Virus record (IMG/VR): IMGVR_UViG_3300037787_000004
Span: 1 to 29,822 of that record
DNA from: a virus
Taxonomy: Duplodnaviria; Caudoviricetes
Strand: one strand, 5' to 3'
Length of the DNA stretch: 29,822 nt
The notes beneath the pieces are model-generated. The model saw only the letters and a program-made list of their open reading frames with translations. It was not told where the DNA came from and searched no databases. Within the stretch, counting starts at the first letter, position 1. Each line of letters starts with the position of its first letter. The position numbers were made by a program, and so were the translations under genes. Of this stretch, positions 16,459 to 24,449 are shown piece after piece.

Positions 16459-17148
16459 TTAAAGGTTATTCCATATGCTTAATAAATCCACCGGCTCGTT
16501 AGTCGCTTGAGTGGATTGCTCCGGCTCTGATACGCTAACAAGTGATTTCAATGCTTTCTCGATATCCGATACCTCGTGCTCTATTAGCTTGAAGGTTTCG
16601 TCGGTGTAGTCGCCGTTGCGTAGTACGTTGTTTAGTTTGGATAACCGCCCTAATAACTCGCTGGCAAACTCTGCTTTCATTTCTGACTTCATTCCCACTA
16701 CTGGAGTGTTTTCATTCGCTCCCCAAGTTACGCTGGAATACTCCCACAACTTGACTTCCTTAATCAGTTGGTATTCTTTGTTCTCGGCCATCTCTGATTT
16801 GATAATTTCAAACCCGATGGAATGCTCCGTAATAACCCCGTCGCGATATAACTTGATGTAGTCGCCATCGCGAATATCTGATACCTTGCTATCTATCAAT
16901 AGTCCGTTCTCATCCTGGACCATTGTAAGTGGTGTACCAATCGGGTTGTATCTATCGTGCTGGAATAAGTGCTTAATGCGTGGTCGTGGTGATTGTGGTC
17001 CGCGTTCCTGAATGGTCTTACTGAATGCGCCCTTCTCGATAATATCACCGTCTGAATCCACGTTGCCGAATGCTGAAGCATACAAGGTAACAATACCTTT
17101 GCTCTCATCTACATCGGCCACCGGTAAAGATGTGTTCTTGTATATCAT
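16459..17148 (-). CDS. HK97-family prohead protease
   Basis: YASAFGNVDS.GD.I..GAF, QH, SIGF and LWEYS.VTWGAN motifs. Confidence 0.95.
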   Translation of the reverse strand: MIYKNTSLPVADVDESKGIVTLYASAFGNVDSDGDIIEKGAFSKTIQERGPQSPRPRIKHLFQHDRYNPIGTPLTMVQDENGLLIDSKVSDIRDGDYIKLYRDGVITEHSIGFEIIKSEMAENKEYQLIKEVKLWEYSSVTWGANENTPVVGMKSEMKAEFASELLGRLSKLNNVLRNGDYTDETFKLIEHEVSDIEKALKSLVSVSEPEQSTQATNEPVDLLSIWNNL

Positions 17149-17152
17149 GCTA

Positions 17153-17189
17153 CAAACTTATTTCTTCTTCTCTTTGTCTTGTTCTAAAT
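17153..17189 (-). promoter_or_regulatory. Putative late promoter (protease-capsid)
   Basis: ATTTAGAACA-N19-TAAGTTTG, 4 nt before the ATG; the TAA is also the upstream stop codon. Confidence 0.7.
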
Positions 17190-17508
17190 CGGTTACTTTG
17201 GCGATCGGGTGGTTCTTGTCGTAAACTATCTGACTCACGAACTGATAACTCACTCCGAATCTAAAAGATAACTCTGCCATCGTTTCGCGTACCTTTCCAT
17301 CGTTCTTGCGTAGGATTTCAAAGTAGTGCTTCCTGATTAATACTCGCTCGGGACTTTTGCGCTTAACGCATCCAAGCTGGTCTAATACGTGCATTAGATT
17401 GAGGGTAACTCTGTCCTCGATTCCGTACTCCTTGCGAATAAACTCGGCAAACGCTTTTCGTGCCCTTAGCTTACCTCGCTGGAGTTCTGCTTTATCGAAG
17501 TCATTCAT
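17158..17508 (-). CDS. Basic protein with C-terminal helix-turn-helix (Mor-like)
   Basis: MAELSFRFGVSYQFVSQIV HTH pattern; start moved to 17508 to avoid overlap. Confidence 0.6.
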   Translation of the reverse strand: MNDFDKAELQRGKLRARKAFAEFIRKEYGIEDRVTLNLMHVLDQLGCVKRKSPERVLIRKHYFEILRKNDGKVRETMAELSFRFGVSYQFVSQIVYDKNHPIAKVTDLEQDKEKKK

Positions 17509-17513
17509 ATTGG

Positions 17514-18359
17514 TTAAGATTGGTTGTACTCTGGATTGTTGGGTGTGATGTAAACCATCGTGCATCGGCAATTAATCACCTCTGATGCTGGTGCTCCTAC
17601 CATCTGCGGCCTATCCATCTGCGTTCCGTTCACGTTGAAGTAGTCATCTAATAGGATAACGGTACCATCTATCGCCTCGTGTGAATCTCTTTGCCGCCCG
17701 TCTATTGATGTGATCCACTTCTTCTTCAACTGCAAACCCGTTGCTTTGGCTGCTTGGAAGCTGGCCTCATTCGCTGCGATGCCTACCTCTGTGCGCATTA
17801 CCCGGACTGCTCTGTAACGGTTCTGCTTTCCCATGTACTCGCGGGTGTAGCTTTGGATTCGCTTCCTCGCTTGGAATACCGACAACCCCTCATTCACTGC
17901 TTCTGCGGTTGCTAATCTGATGGCCCTTAGGAATAACTCTCGGCTGGTTTCGGTCATCATCTTCGCCTTCAATCCCGATTGCGTTGCAGCAAACCGAATC
18001 GCTACCCGTGCCCAGTCATCCAATAAAGCATCTGATACGGGTGGAATAGTCATTGCACCTGCTACCAATGCAACGCCCGTTTCTACCTCTTTTTTTGCCT
18101 TCTGCGCGTCTTTTGCGATTGCTTCGTATGTTCCCCTTGTGAAGGTCTTAAAAGTGTCCTCGTAGGTCTTGTATAGGGTTTTCTCTACCTGCTCCTGCTC
18201 AATGAATGCAGTCAAGGATTCCATCTCGCTCTGCGTAGTGGCATTCCCTAACTCTCGAATCGCTCTGCTGATACCCTGCTGAAGTGCGTTGTACGTTGGT
18301 CGTGTGTACTTTCTTTCAATCCTGGCCTTTGCCCGATTCTGACTTCTGCTTGTGTTCAT
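17514..18359 (-). CDS. Minor head protein (Mu gpF / SPP1 gp7-like)
   Basis: RTE..A.N, KKW....D.R.R..H and INCRC motifs. Confidence 0.92.
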   Translation of the reverse strand: MNTSRSQNRAKARIERKYTRPTYNALQQGISRAIRELGNATTQSEMESLTAFIEQEQVEKTLYKTYEDTFKTFTRGTYEAIAKDAQKAKKEVETGVALVAGAMTIPPVSDALLDDWARVAIRFAATQSGLKAKMMTETSRELFLRAIRLATAEAVNEGLSVFQARKRIQSYTREYMGKQNRYRAVRVMRTEVGIAANEASFQAAKATGLQLKKKWITSIDGRQRDSHEAIDGTVILLDDYFNVNGTQMDRPQMVGAPASEVINCRCTMVYITPNNPEYNQS

Positions 18360-19659
18360 AATCGTCTATGTCGATGTGTTTAAGTGGATCGCCCTCAATG
18401 CTCACATCGTCGATATTTATTCTGCCTCCGTTCATGTAGTTGTAGTCCATTGCCTTATGCCCTTCGTGCATTGCATCTCCTAACTTCTCACGGAATTCGT
18501 TTAGTGTGTATGCGCCCAACTCAACGCCTATCTTGTAAATCTCTGCTAACTCTTTGCGATCGGCTTGGAGTTCTGGTACTTGACTGAAGTCGGGTTCGAT
18601 ATAAACGTTTCCGTAGCTTGGTGCTAACCAACGATTGAACTCATCTGCAAACGCCTGGACCAATGGAATAATAGCGTCGGTGTACGCTACCTTCCGCGCC
18701 GTGCTCATGTTGTTATACGTACTCGCGGAATCATCGTTGAACAACTGACTTGGTACGTGGTAAACTCGGCAAAGGTCTTGGAGTGAAAACTTAAGGTCGT
18801 CGATAATCGCCATATCAACTGGACTAAGGCCTAAGTTGGTGTACTTAATCCGAGCAGAAATAAACGCCATTTTACCTTTGTTGTCCGCTCCGTTGTATTT
18901 CTTATCCCAACCCCGCGCCAATGCTTGAGCCTGCTCCTCTGTAAAATAAGCCTCGCTCATTGGATCGCCATCTGAAGAAATGATACCTATCGCTCCGTTG
19001 TTCTGGAATGCTTTCTGACTTGCTATCTGCGCATCGTTTGATTTGCTGATAGTCCTTGCAGCTGCTCGTAGTGGACTCATCCCGTACAACTCCTCTCCGT
19101 AGTCGAAATCGAAGTTTGGAAACTTATCGTGTAGTACGTCGGAGTAAGGGAAGCGAATCACCTGGTCGCCTATGTTGAGTTTGTACTCGCTTACCGGGTT
19201 CATCCATCCATCGCTTACGATCTCGGTGTAGTGCGCTGGCATGATAAACATCTCCAACGCCTGGCCTATATTCCTCCCGCTTTCAATTCGTGGTGAGTAG
19301 ATGTAAGTATTTCCCGTGATTAGTTTGAATCCGTAGTACTGCTGAAAGAACTCGCTTCGTGCTTGTAGCTGATTTGGAATTTCAAGTAGGTTATATAGAG
19401 GGTGGTCTTCTAATATGTTACCATCGAAGTCCTTTACGTTGAACTTGGTGAGTGCGGCCTTCTGCGATATCCAACTGACTATGGAATAGACTAACGAATT
19501 AACGTTGTAGGCTTGTGTGATGTAGCTTCTACTGGCATCGTCTATGCTTAGTGGAGTGTTCATTCCAATGTAGGAATAAAGTGCCCTTAGAAGTCGGTTA
19601 TTTGCGTCGCCTTCGTACTGCTTTCCGAATAGCTTACCTATGCGTTCTCTGAATGTCAT
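18316..19659 (-). CDS. Portal protein (HK97-like)
   Basis: HPL..LL..PN, GNTY, YGMSPL, VYHVP..L and TYNN motifs. Confidence 0.95.
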   Translation of the reverse strand: MTFRERIGKLFGKQYEGDANNRLLRALYSYIGMNTPLSIDDASRSYITQAYNVNSLVYSIVSWISQKAALTKFNVKDFDGNILEDHPLYNLLEIPNQLQARSEFFQQYYGFKLITGNTYIYSPRIESGRNIGQALEMFIMPAHYTEIVSDGWMNPVSEYKLNIGDQVIRFPYSDVLHDKFPNFDFDYGEELYGMSPLRAAARTISKSNDAQIASQKAFQNNGAIGIISSDGDPMSEAYFTEEQAQALARGWDKKYNGADNKGKMAFISARIKYTNLGLSPVDMAIIDDLKFSLQDLCRVYHVPSQLFNDDSASTYNNMSTARKVAYTDAIIPLVQAFADEFNRWLAPSYGNVYIEPDFSQVPELQADRKELAEIYKIGVELGAYTLNEFREKLGDAMHEGHKAMDYNYMNGGRINIDDVSIEGDPLKHIDIDDYEHKQKSESGKGQD

Positions 19660-21068
19660 ATTATTACGAATCCTTTCTTTTGTTGTCTGCTCTGTAACGC
19701 CATCACCATTACGTCCACTTGATCGTCGTGCTTTGCGTAAGGGAATTGGGTTACCTCATCTAAAAATCTTCTATTCCAACTTCCAGCGATTAACTTAACC
19801 CTTCCAGCCTCTACCATCGCACTCACCGCGTTCGCTCTTGTTACCTTGTCCGTATCTGGTGCTTTGTCCTCTAATACGTTTAACCCCGTCGTGCTTTTGA
19901 TTTGCTGAACGATGCTCTTACCGCTGGCCTTTGGCTCAATGTATATTCTCGAAGCTGACGTGTAGCCGTTGTGCATTACGAAGGTCTTGATGTATTCGCA
20001 AAGTTGCGGAAACTCCAACCAAACCTGTTCTACTTCCCTAAAATAAAAGAAGTTGCCATCTGTTGCATATGCTAACAACGCTGATGGATCGTTGGCCTTG
20101 TTGCTCGTATAGGCCGTGTCCAATCGGTAGTTCCATACCAACCCCTCCGGTACTTCGTTTACGATGTCAAACCATTTCGCCTTGAAGATATTACCCTCCG
20201 GTGGTGCGGGTTGCTGAAGTATCTGCCCTGCATAACCTGCGCTACCTAAACTCACTCGATACTCATGCAGAATCTTATCATTGAATCGCTCTGGCCAAAA
20301 TAGGCCATTTTTATAATACTGTGATAATTTCGTCGGCTTGAGACTTTCTGTGGCCTCTCCTGGAATGCAGATGTGCCTATAACCTCCCTTGTTGAGTAGA
20401 TATCCTGATAGGTCGTCTTCGTGTAGCCTCTGCATTACGATAATACGTACCGCTGTGTGCGGGTTCTTGGTCCTGGAGTAAAAGGTTTCTGAATAGGCTC
20501 GGTTGACGTTGTTACGCTCTATCTCGCTGAATGCCATCTTTGGGTTTAGTGGATCATCCATTATAATCACGTCTGCACCCATTCCCGTTACCGTACCCGT
20601 TACACTTGTCGCGAATCGCTTACCTCCTTTATCGTTTTCGTAGTTGCTCTTTACGTTCTGGTCTGTTACGATTTGGAATAAGTGGCCGAAGTTCTCAATG
20701 AACCAATCGCTCTGTATCAACTGCCTGGACTTCCTCGCGTGTTCGGTGGATAGCTGATTGCTGAAGCTGGCCGTAATGAAACTCATGTAGGGATTGATTA
20801 CCCAACTCCATACCGGGTAGATGATCGTGGTAAGTAGGCTCTTGCTGGACCTAAAAGGTACGTTGATAATGATATCACCGTTGGTTCTATCTCCATCGAG
20901 GATTCGGTAGGTTTCCGCTTGGAGTTCCGTGCAGATGTAGTCGATGTGCCAATTGTGCAGATAGGGGGTTTGCGGCTCTAATACCTTGAATGCATCTCGG
21001 TAAAAGTTCACGAAGTGCAGATACTTAGCTGGTACTTCAATCGTTATTTCCTCGCTTGAGTTCTGCAA
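19656..21068 (-). CDS. terL: Terminase large subunit
   Basis: PFRSSKS Walker A variant, IIMDDP Walker B, MQRLHEDD, IEPKASG, HDDQVD; TTG start. Confidence 0.95.
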   Translation of the reverse strand: MQNSSEEITIEVPAKYLHFVNFYRDAFKVLEPQTPYLHNWHIDYICTELQAETYRILDGDRTNGDIIINVPFRSSKSLLTTIIYPVWSWVINPYMSFITASFSNQLSTEHARKSRQLIQSDWFIENFGHLFQIVTDQNVKSNYENDKGGKRFATSVTGTVTGMGADVIIMDDPLNPKMAFSEIERNNVNRAYSETFYSRTKNPHTAVRIIVMQRLHEDDLSGYLLNKGGYRHICIPGEATESLKPTKLSQYYKNGLFWPERFNDKILHEYRVSLGSAGYAGQILQQPAPPEGNIFKAKWFDIVNEVPEGLVWNYRLDTAYTSNKANDPSALLAYATDGNFFYFREVEQVWLEFPQLCEYIKTFVMHNGYTSASRIYIEPKASGKSIVQQIKSTTGLNVLEDKAPDTDKVTRANAVSAMVEAGRVKLIAGSWNRRFLDEVTQFPYAKHDDQVDVMVMALQSRQQKKGFVII

Positions 21069-21342
21069 GTGCTTCTCGTGTTATCTTTGTTTGTTGTACG
21101 ATGTGGGTATTCTCTTGTTTTACTTCGCTTCGGCTTAGCTTTGGCTTAAAGTATTCGAGGACCTTTAAGTATATCTCGAGGAAGTCTTTATCTTCCATCG
21201 TACCCAGTACCGCGTTGAATCTTTCGGTGTGAGTAGTGGTGATCGCCTCTCCAAGTTCCTTCCATTGCTCGGTGCGCTTGTGTACTGCACCCTTTGGTTT
21301 ACCTGGATTGCCTTTTACGAATCTTCCTTTCTCATCTTGCAT
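21037..21342 (-). CDS. terS: Terminase small subunit
   Basis: GRFVKGNPGKPKGA N-terminus; directly upstream of terL. Confidence 0.75.
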   Translation of the reverse strand: MQDEKGRFVKGNPGKPKGAVHKRTEQWKELGEAITTTHTERFNAVLGTMEDKDFLEIYLKVLEYFKPKLSRSEVKQENTHIVQQTKITREALAELKRGNND

Positions 21343-21380
21343 AGTGCCGTTTTTTTTCCGTATTTATCGGAATTACTCCG

Positions 21381-21421
21381 CAAAGATAGTGCCTCTGTTC
21401 ACTCGGTTGTTCTTTCTAATT
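21381..21421 (-). promoter_or_regulatory. Putative late promoter (terminase)
   Basis: AATTAGAAAGAACA-N19-TATCTTTG. Confidence 0.7.
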
Positions 21422-21518
21422 AAATTCCTACTAACTTGGTAGGCTTTTATTTTTGGTTGTTCCTCCCTTTTCTGTGATACCTCTATTAAATAAAGTATTA
21501 CCCTTATCTAATTAGTTG

Positions 21519-21725
21519 CTCGAGTTTAGTTCTTTCTATTCTGACCTCAAACAGAAAACAGTGCTTCACCGGGTTTTGGTTATCACATTTGGGTCGGTCG
21601 GTTGTCGGAGTTGGGACATTGCCGCCTTTACACTGCTTTTGAAAGAACACTTTTTATCTCCTTTTTGGTTGCCAATATGCATCACTCGAGAAAATTGGCC
21701 AGCAGTTGGGAGTTGAAAACTACTG
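21519..21725 (-). ncRNA. Candidate structured non-coding RNA
   Basis: Multiple nested inverted repeats and a repeated loop motif in the largest intergenic gap; TTTG-N21-AACCTTTG just upstream. Confidence 0.4.
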
Positions 21726-21794
21726 TATTTGCAAAGGTTAGTCAATTAAAGACATATATCCAAACATTGATGCATAAAGTTATCAACAGTCTTA

Positions 21795-22019
21795 CTAACA
21801 AGCGCACTTATCCACGATCGGGTTGTACGTTATCTTGTATCGGTGAAATTCCTTTTCTATCTGGAATCCGTTTTTCTGAAGTAGATGAAAGTATCTGTAC
21901 ACGGTCCGTTGGCCTATTCCAATTTCCTCTGCTAACTTGGGAATGCTTATTGGCTCATTCATTAGGACCATCATTTGGATTAGTCTGTGCAGACTTCTTT
22001 GGTTGAACTGTTCACTCAT
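21795..22019 (-). CDS. Stand-alone winged HTH protein (HTH_11-like)
   Basis: RL..M..L...LAEEIGIGQRTVYRY...L...GF.I pattern, 74 aa. Confidence 0.8.
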   Translation of the reverse strand: MSEQFNQRSLHRLIQMMVLMNEPISIPKLAEEIGIGQRTVYRYFHLLQKNGFQIEKEFHRYKITYNPIVDKCAC

Positions 22020-22203
22020 CGAAGCTATCTCTTATATCCTTTAATGCTTGTAATTCGGCCTCCTTATCGAAGTCGTGCTCTGCATTCCTTATCCTGATGT
22101 AAACATCTCCACCGTTGCCTATGGTTAAGGTGAGGGTGAAGTCTTTCCATCGGTAAATGCACTTATCGTCTGCGATGGTTAATTTGCGGCCGGTTACCTT
22201 CAT
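22012..22203 (-). CDS. Hypothetical protein
   Basis: 63 aa, overlapping both neighbours in coupled fashion. Confidence 0.7.
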   Translation of the reverse strand: MKVTGRKLTIADDKCIYRWKDFTLTLTIGNGGDVYIRIRNAEHDFDKEAELQALKDIRDSFDE

Positions 22204-22358
22204 AACTTCTGCTTCACCACTTGGTCAAGTAAGTTTCGAACAACTGTTGATATAGGAACGCCTGTTTTGGCACTCCATGCGTTGTACTTTGCCTGTTGTT
22301 CCTCTGTTACTCTAATTACAAAGTTTTTGCTTTTGGGTTGCTTCTCTTTTGCTTCCAT
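22200..22358 (-). CDS. Ribbon-helix-helix (Arc/CopG-like) DNA-binding protein, not in the ORF track
   Basis: MEAKEKQPKSKNFVIRVTEEQQAKYNAWSAKTGVPISTVVRNLLDQVVKQKL; ATGA overlap with the next gene. Confidence 0.8.
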   Translation of the reverse strand: MEAKEKQPKSKNFVIRVTEEQQAKYNAWSAKTGVPISTVVRNLLDQVVKQKL

Positions 22359-22364
22359 ATCATT

Positions 22365-22613
22365 TTACCAATTCCATCCAATATCATCTAAGACCTGGTC
22401 TAAATACTCTGCATCTTTACCTGCTTTAGTGTATTTTAGGTGTGAGTTATACAATTCTTGTAATTTCTTCTTTGTCCTGCTTTTACTCACGGGACATGAT
22501 ATCCCACGAATAAGATGCAGAATAGCTGACTGAAGGCTTTTGTGCTTTTGTATGCTTAGTTGCAATGCAGATAGCATAAACGCTTCTCTCGGCTTTAATT
22601 TTACTTCACTCAT
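22365..22613 (-). CDS. Hypothetical protein
   Basis: 82-aa ORF tightly packed in the operon. Confidence 0.65.
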   Translation of the reverse strand: MSEVKLKPREAFMLSALQLSIQKHKSLQSAILHLIRGISCPVSKSRTKKKLQELYNSHLKYTKAGKDAEYLDQVLDDIGWNW

Positions 22614-22617
22614 GATG

Positions 22618-23013
22618 TTATTCTTCCATTGTTTTTTCCAGCTCTGAAACTAAATCCTTGAATTCAACTTCCTTCTCTCCTTCCTCGTGTCCTACCATGT
22701 AGGTTGCTTGGGGGAATGGAAAAATATCCTTAATGTAATTTTCTTCAATGAAAATGCCTAAAATGTATTTCAATCCGATCACATCAACATCAAGTCTTAC
22801 CAAAATTTCTTCTTTTGGAGCTTCATTAAGATAAACTTCGTTTTCTTCAACCGGGTAGTACTTCTCGATAATCATTTCCTGAATATACATTGGATTGTTG
22901 GGGTGCTTATTTTCCCATGCTTGTTGAGCTTCCTCAAAATTCCACATTGCAGCCTGAATCAACTCAAGCTCTACACCTTCGTAGCGCGTTTGCTTGGATT
23001 CTTTTACTATCAT
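22618..23013 (-). CDS. Acidic hypothetical protein
   Basis: 131 aa, ATGA-type overlap with the upstream gene. Confidence 0.7.
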   Translation of the reverse strand: MIVKESKQTRYEGVELELIQAAMWNFEEAQQAWENKHPNNPMYIQEMIIEKYYPVEENEVYLNEAPKEEILVRLDVDVIGLKYILGIFIEENYIKDIFPFPQATYMVGHEEGEKEVEFKDLVSELEKTMEE

Positions 23014-23192
23014 AATAATTGTTTTAACTTTTCAAGGTACACAACAAAGTCCATCGCTTCCTCTTGAGCGTGTTGCACCCATTCTTTCACGGTGAGGTCG
23101 TTTCGGTCCATTGTAGTTCCGTACTTCCTTTGGCCTCTATCGCTTCGCTCCTGGAATTGGTCTTTGATGCTTTGGATTATTTGGTCATTCAT
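23010..23192 (-). CDS. Small all-alpha protein, possibly MazG/NTP-pyrophosphatase-like
   Basis: G..KYG and EEAMD...Y acidic motif. Confidence 0.55.
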   Translation of the reverse strand: MNDQIIQSIKDQFQERSDRGQRKYGTTMDRNDLTVKEWVQHAQEEAMDFVVYLEKLKQLL

Positions 23193-23649
23193 CGATGCTT
23201 GACAATTTACGTTCGCACCATCTTAGCATTGGATCGCCTCCCCAAGCTGCATACATTACTGAACCGCATACCTCTTTACCATCTTCATCGGTAAGGTTTC
23301 CCGTGTTATACACTTCCGCTCTGCTCAAAAAGGAATAGGTTCGCTTAATGGTTCTAACCGATAATGGCTCACGGTTTGCCAATTGCCGTGCTCGTGCCCA
23401 TCCAACTGGAGTACCGCAGTTGCTTCCGTTCTCCTCTCGATGTCTGATGGCCTTCTTCGCTTCGTTTGATGCGCTTTTAGGGTAGTCTGCGTAGGTTTCC
23501 TCCTTCTCGGTGATTCCTTTCCATTGAGCGTAACAAACCGCTAAGCGTTGACTGCCTATTGGATATTCCTCCTCCATCAATGGCTCGGAGTAACATCTGC
23601 TGATGAACTCGCGCTCGGTTTCCTCTGGTCCGGGTTTAGGAATTGGCAT
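23185..23649 (-). CDS. Two-domain phage protein of unknown function
   Basis: PIPKP...E....FISRC..QRLAVC domain plus GT.VG.ARA.QLA..WGG domain. Confidence 0.75.
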   Translation of the reverse strand: MPIPKPGPEETEREFISRCYSEPLMEEEYPIGSQRLAVCYAQWKGITEKEETYADYPKSASNEAKKAIRHREENGSNCGTPVGWARARQLANREPLSVRTIKRTYSFLSRAEVYNTGNLTDEDGKEVCGSVMYAAWGGDPMLRWCERKLSSIDE

Positions 23650-23872
23650 CGTCGTTGTTTTTTAGGTTGTAATATAAACCCAACCCTGCAATTACTGCTA
23701 CCACAATCGAGCAGATTTGCGCTAAGGTGAGTAAAGTTGCCGTTAGAAACCCAACCCCGTTATCGGTTACTACCCATATCAATAGGAATAAACCTACTCC
23801 AAACATACTAAGGAATGCAAGAAATATGCGTACTAACTTCTCGGTGTGATCGTCTTGTTCTTCGTATTTCAT
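23636..23872 (-). CDS. Two-transmembrane-helix membrane protein
   Basis: Two long hydrophobic stretches in 78 aa. Confidence 0.7.
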   Translation of the reverse strand: MKYEEQDDHTEKLVRIFLAFLSMFGVGLFLLIWVVTDNGVGFLTATLLTLAQICSIVVAVIAGLGLYYNLKNNDDANS

Positions 23873-23906
23873 AATCTAAATTTAGTGAATTGTTTTAATA
23901 TATCAG

Positions 23907-24449
23907 TCAAATATCGGACTTTTTTTGCATTGCGTTACCCAGCATTCGATACTTGGCCTTCATCTCTTTGAGTTCCTCAATGGAATACTTCTTTATTTTG
24001 CCTCTCCTGGACTTTAACTGCTCAAACCTCTTATCCCCTATGCGAAGTGGTAATCGCTCCGTGTAGTCGATTAAATTGCCGTGTAGGTGCTGATTACATG
24101 CTACGCATTGGCCGTGTACGTTATCCGCATCGAATCTTAACTCTGGAGTGCTGCCTACTGAATAATAATGCCCTGCATCGTACTTGCCTACTAATGGCTT
24201 TCCGCAACTGATGCAAGGCTTATTCTTATCGCGTAGCCTGATGTAACGGTTGAACTGCGTCTGTACCTCCTTCAGCCAATCGGACTGCGTCTTGAGTGCA
24301 TCTCTGCGTTCCTTCTTCTCCTTATTCCACCGCTTTTTCTCTTGTTGCTTAGTGTACGCCATCGCGCAGATCGGACTGCATACCATTTGCGTCGTAGTGT
24401 ACTTAGGAGTGAAGGTGTTCTTGCAGATCTTACACTTCTTTGGTTTCAT
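23907..24449 (-). CDS. ninG: NinG/Rap-family recombination endonuclease
   Basis: CxxC..CS..C, FN.YIRLRD..CISCG..DAGHY..N.H.QC..CN motifs. Confidence 0.92.
   Translation of the reverse strand: MKPKKCKICKNTFTPKYTTTQMVCSPICAMAYTKQQEKKRWNKEKKERRDALKTQSDWLKEVQTQFNRYIRLRDKNKPCISCGKPLVGKYDAGHYYSVGSTPELRFDADNVHGQCVACNQHLHGNLIDYTERLPLRIGDKRFEQLKSRRGKIKKYSIEELKEMKAKYRMLGNAMQKKSDI

Noticed and set aside
21427-21453. Plus-strand hairpin CCTAC..GTAGG followed by T-rich sequence
   Set aside because: Short, weak stem with no plus-strand gene to terminate; not supportable as a feature
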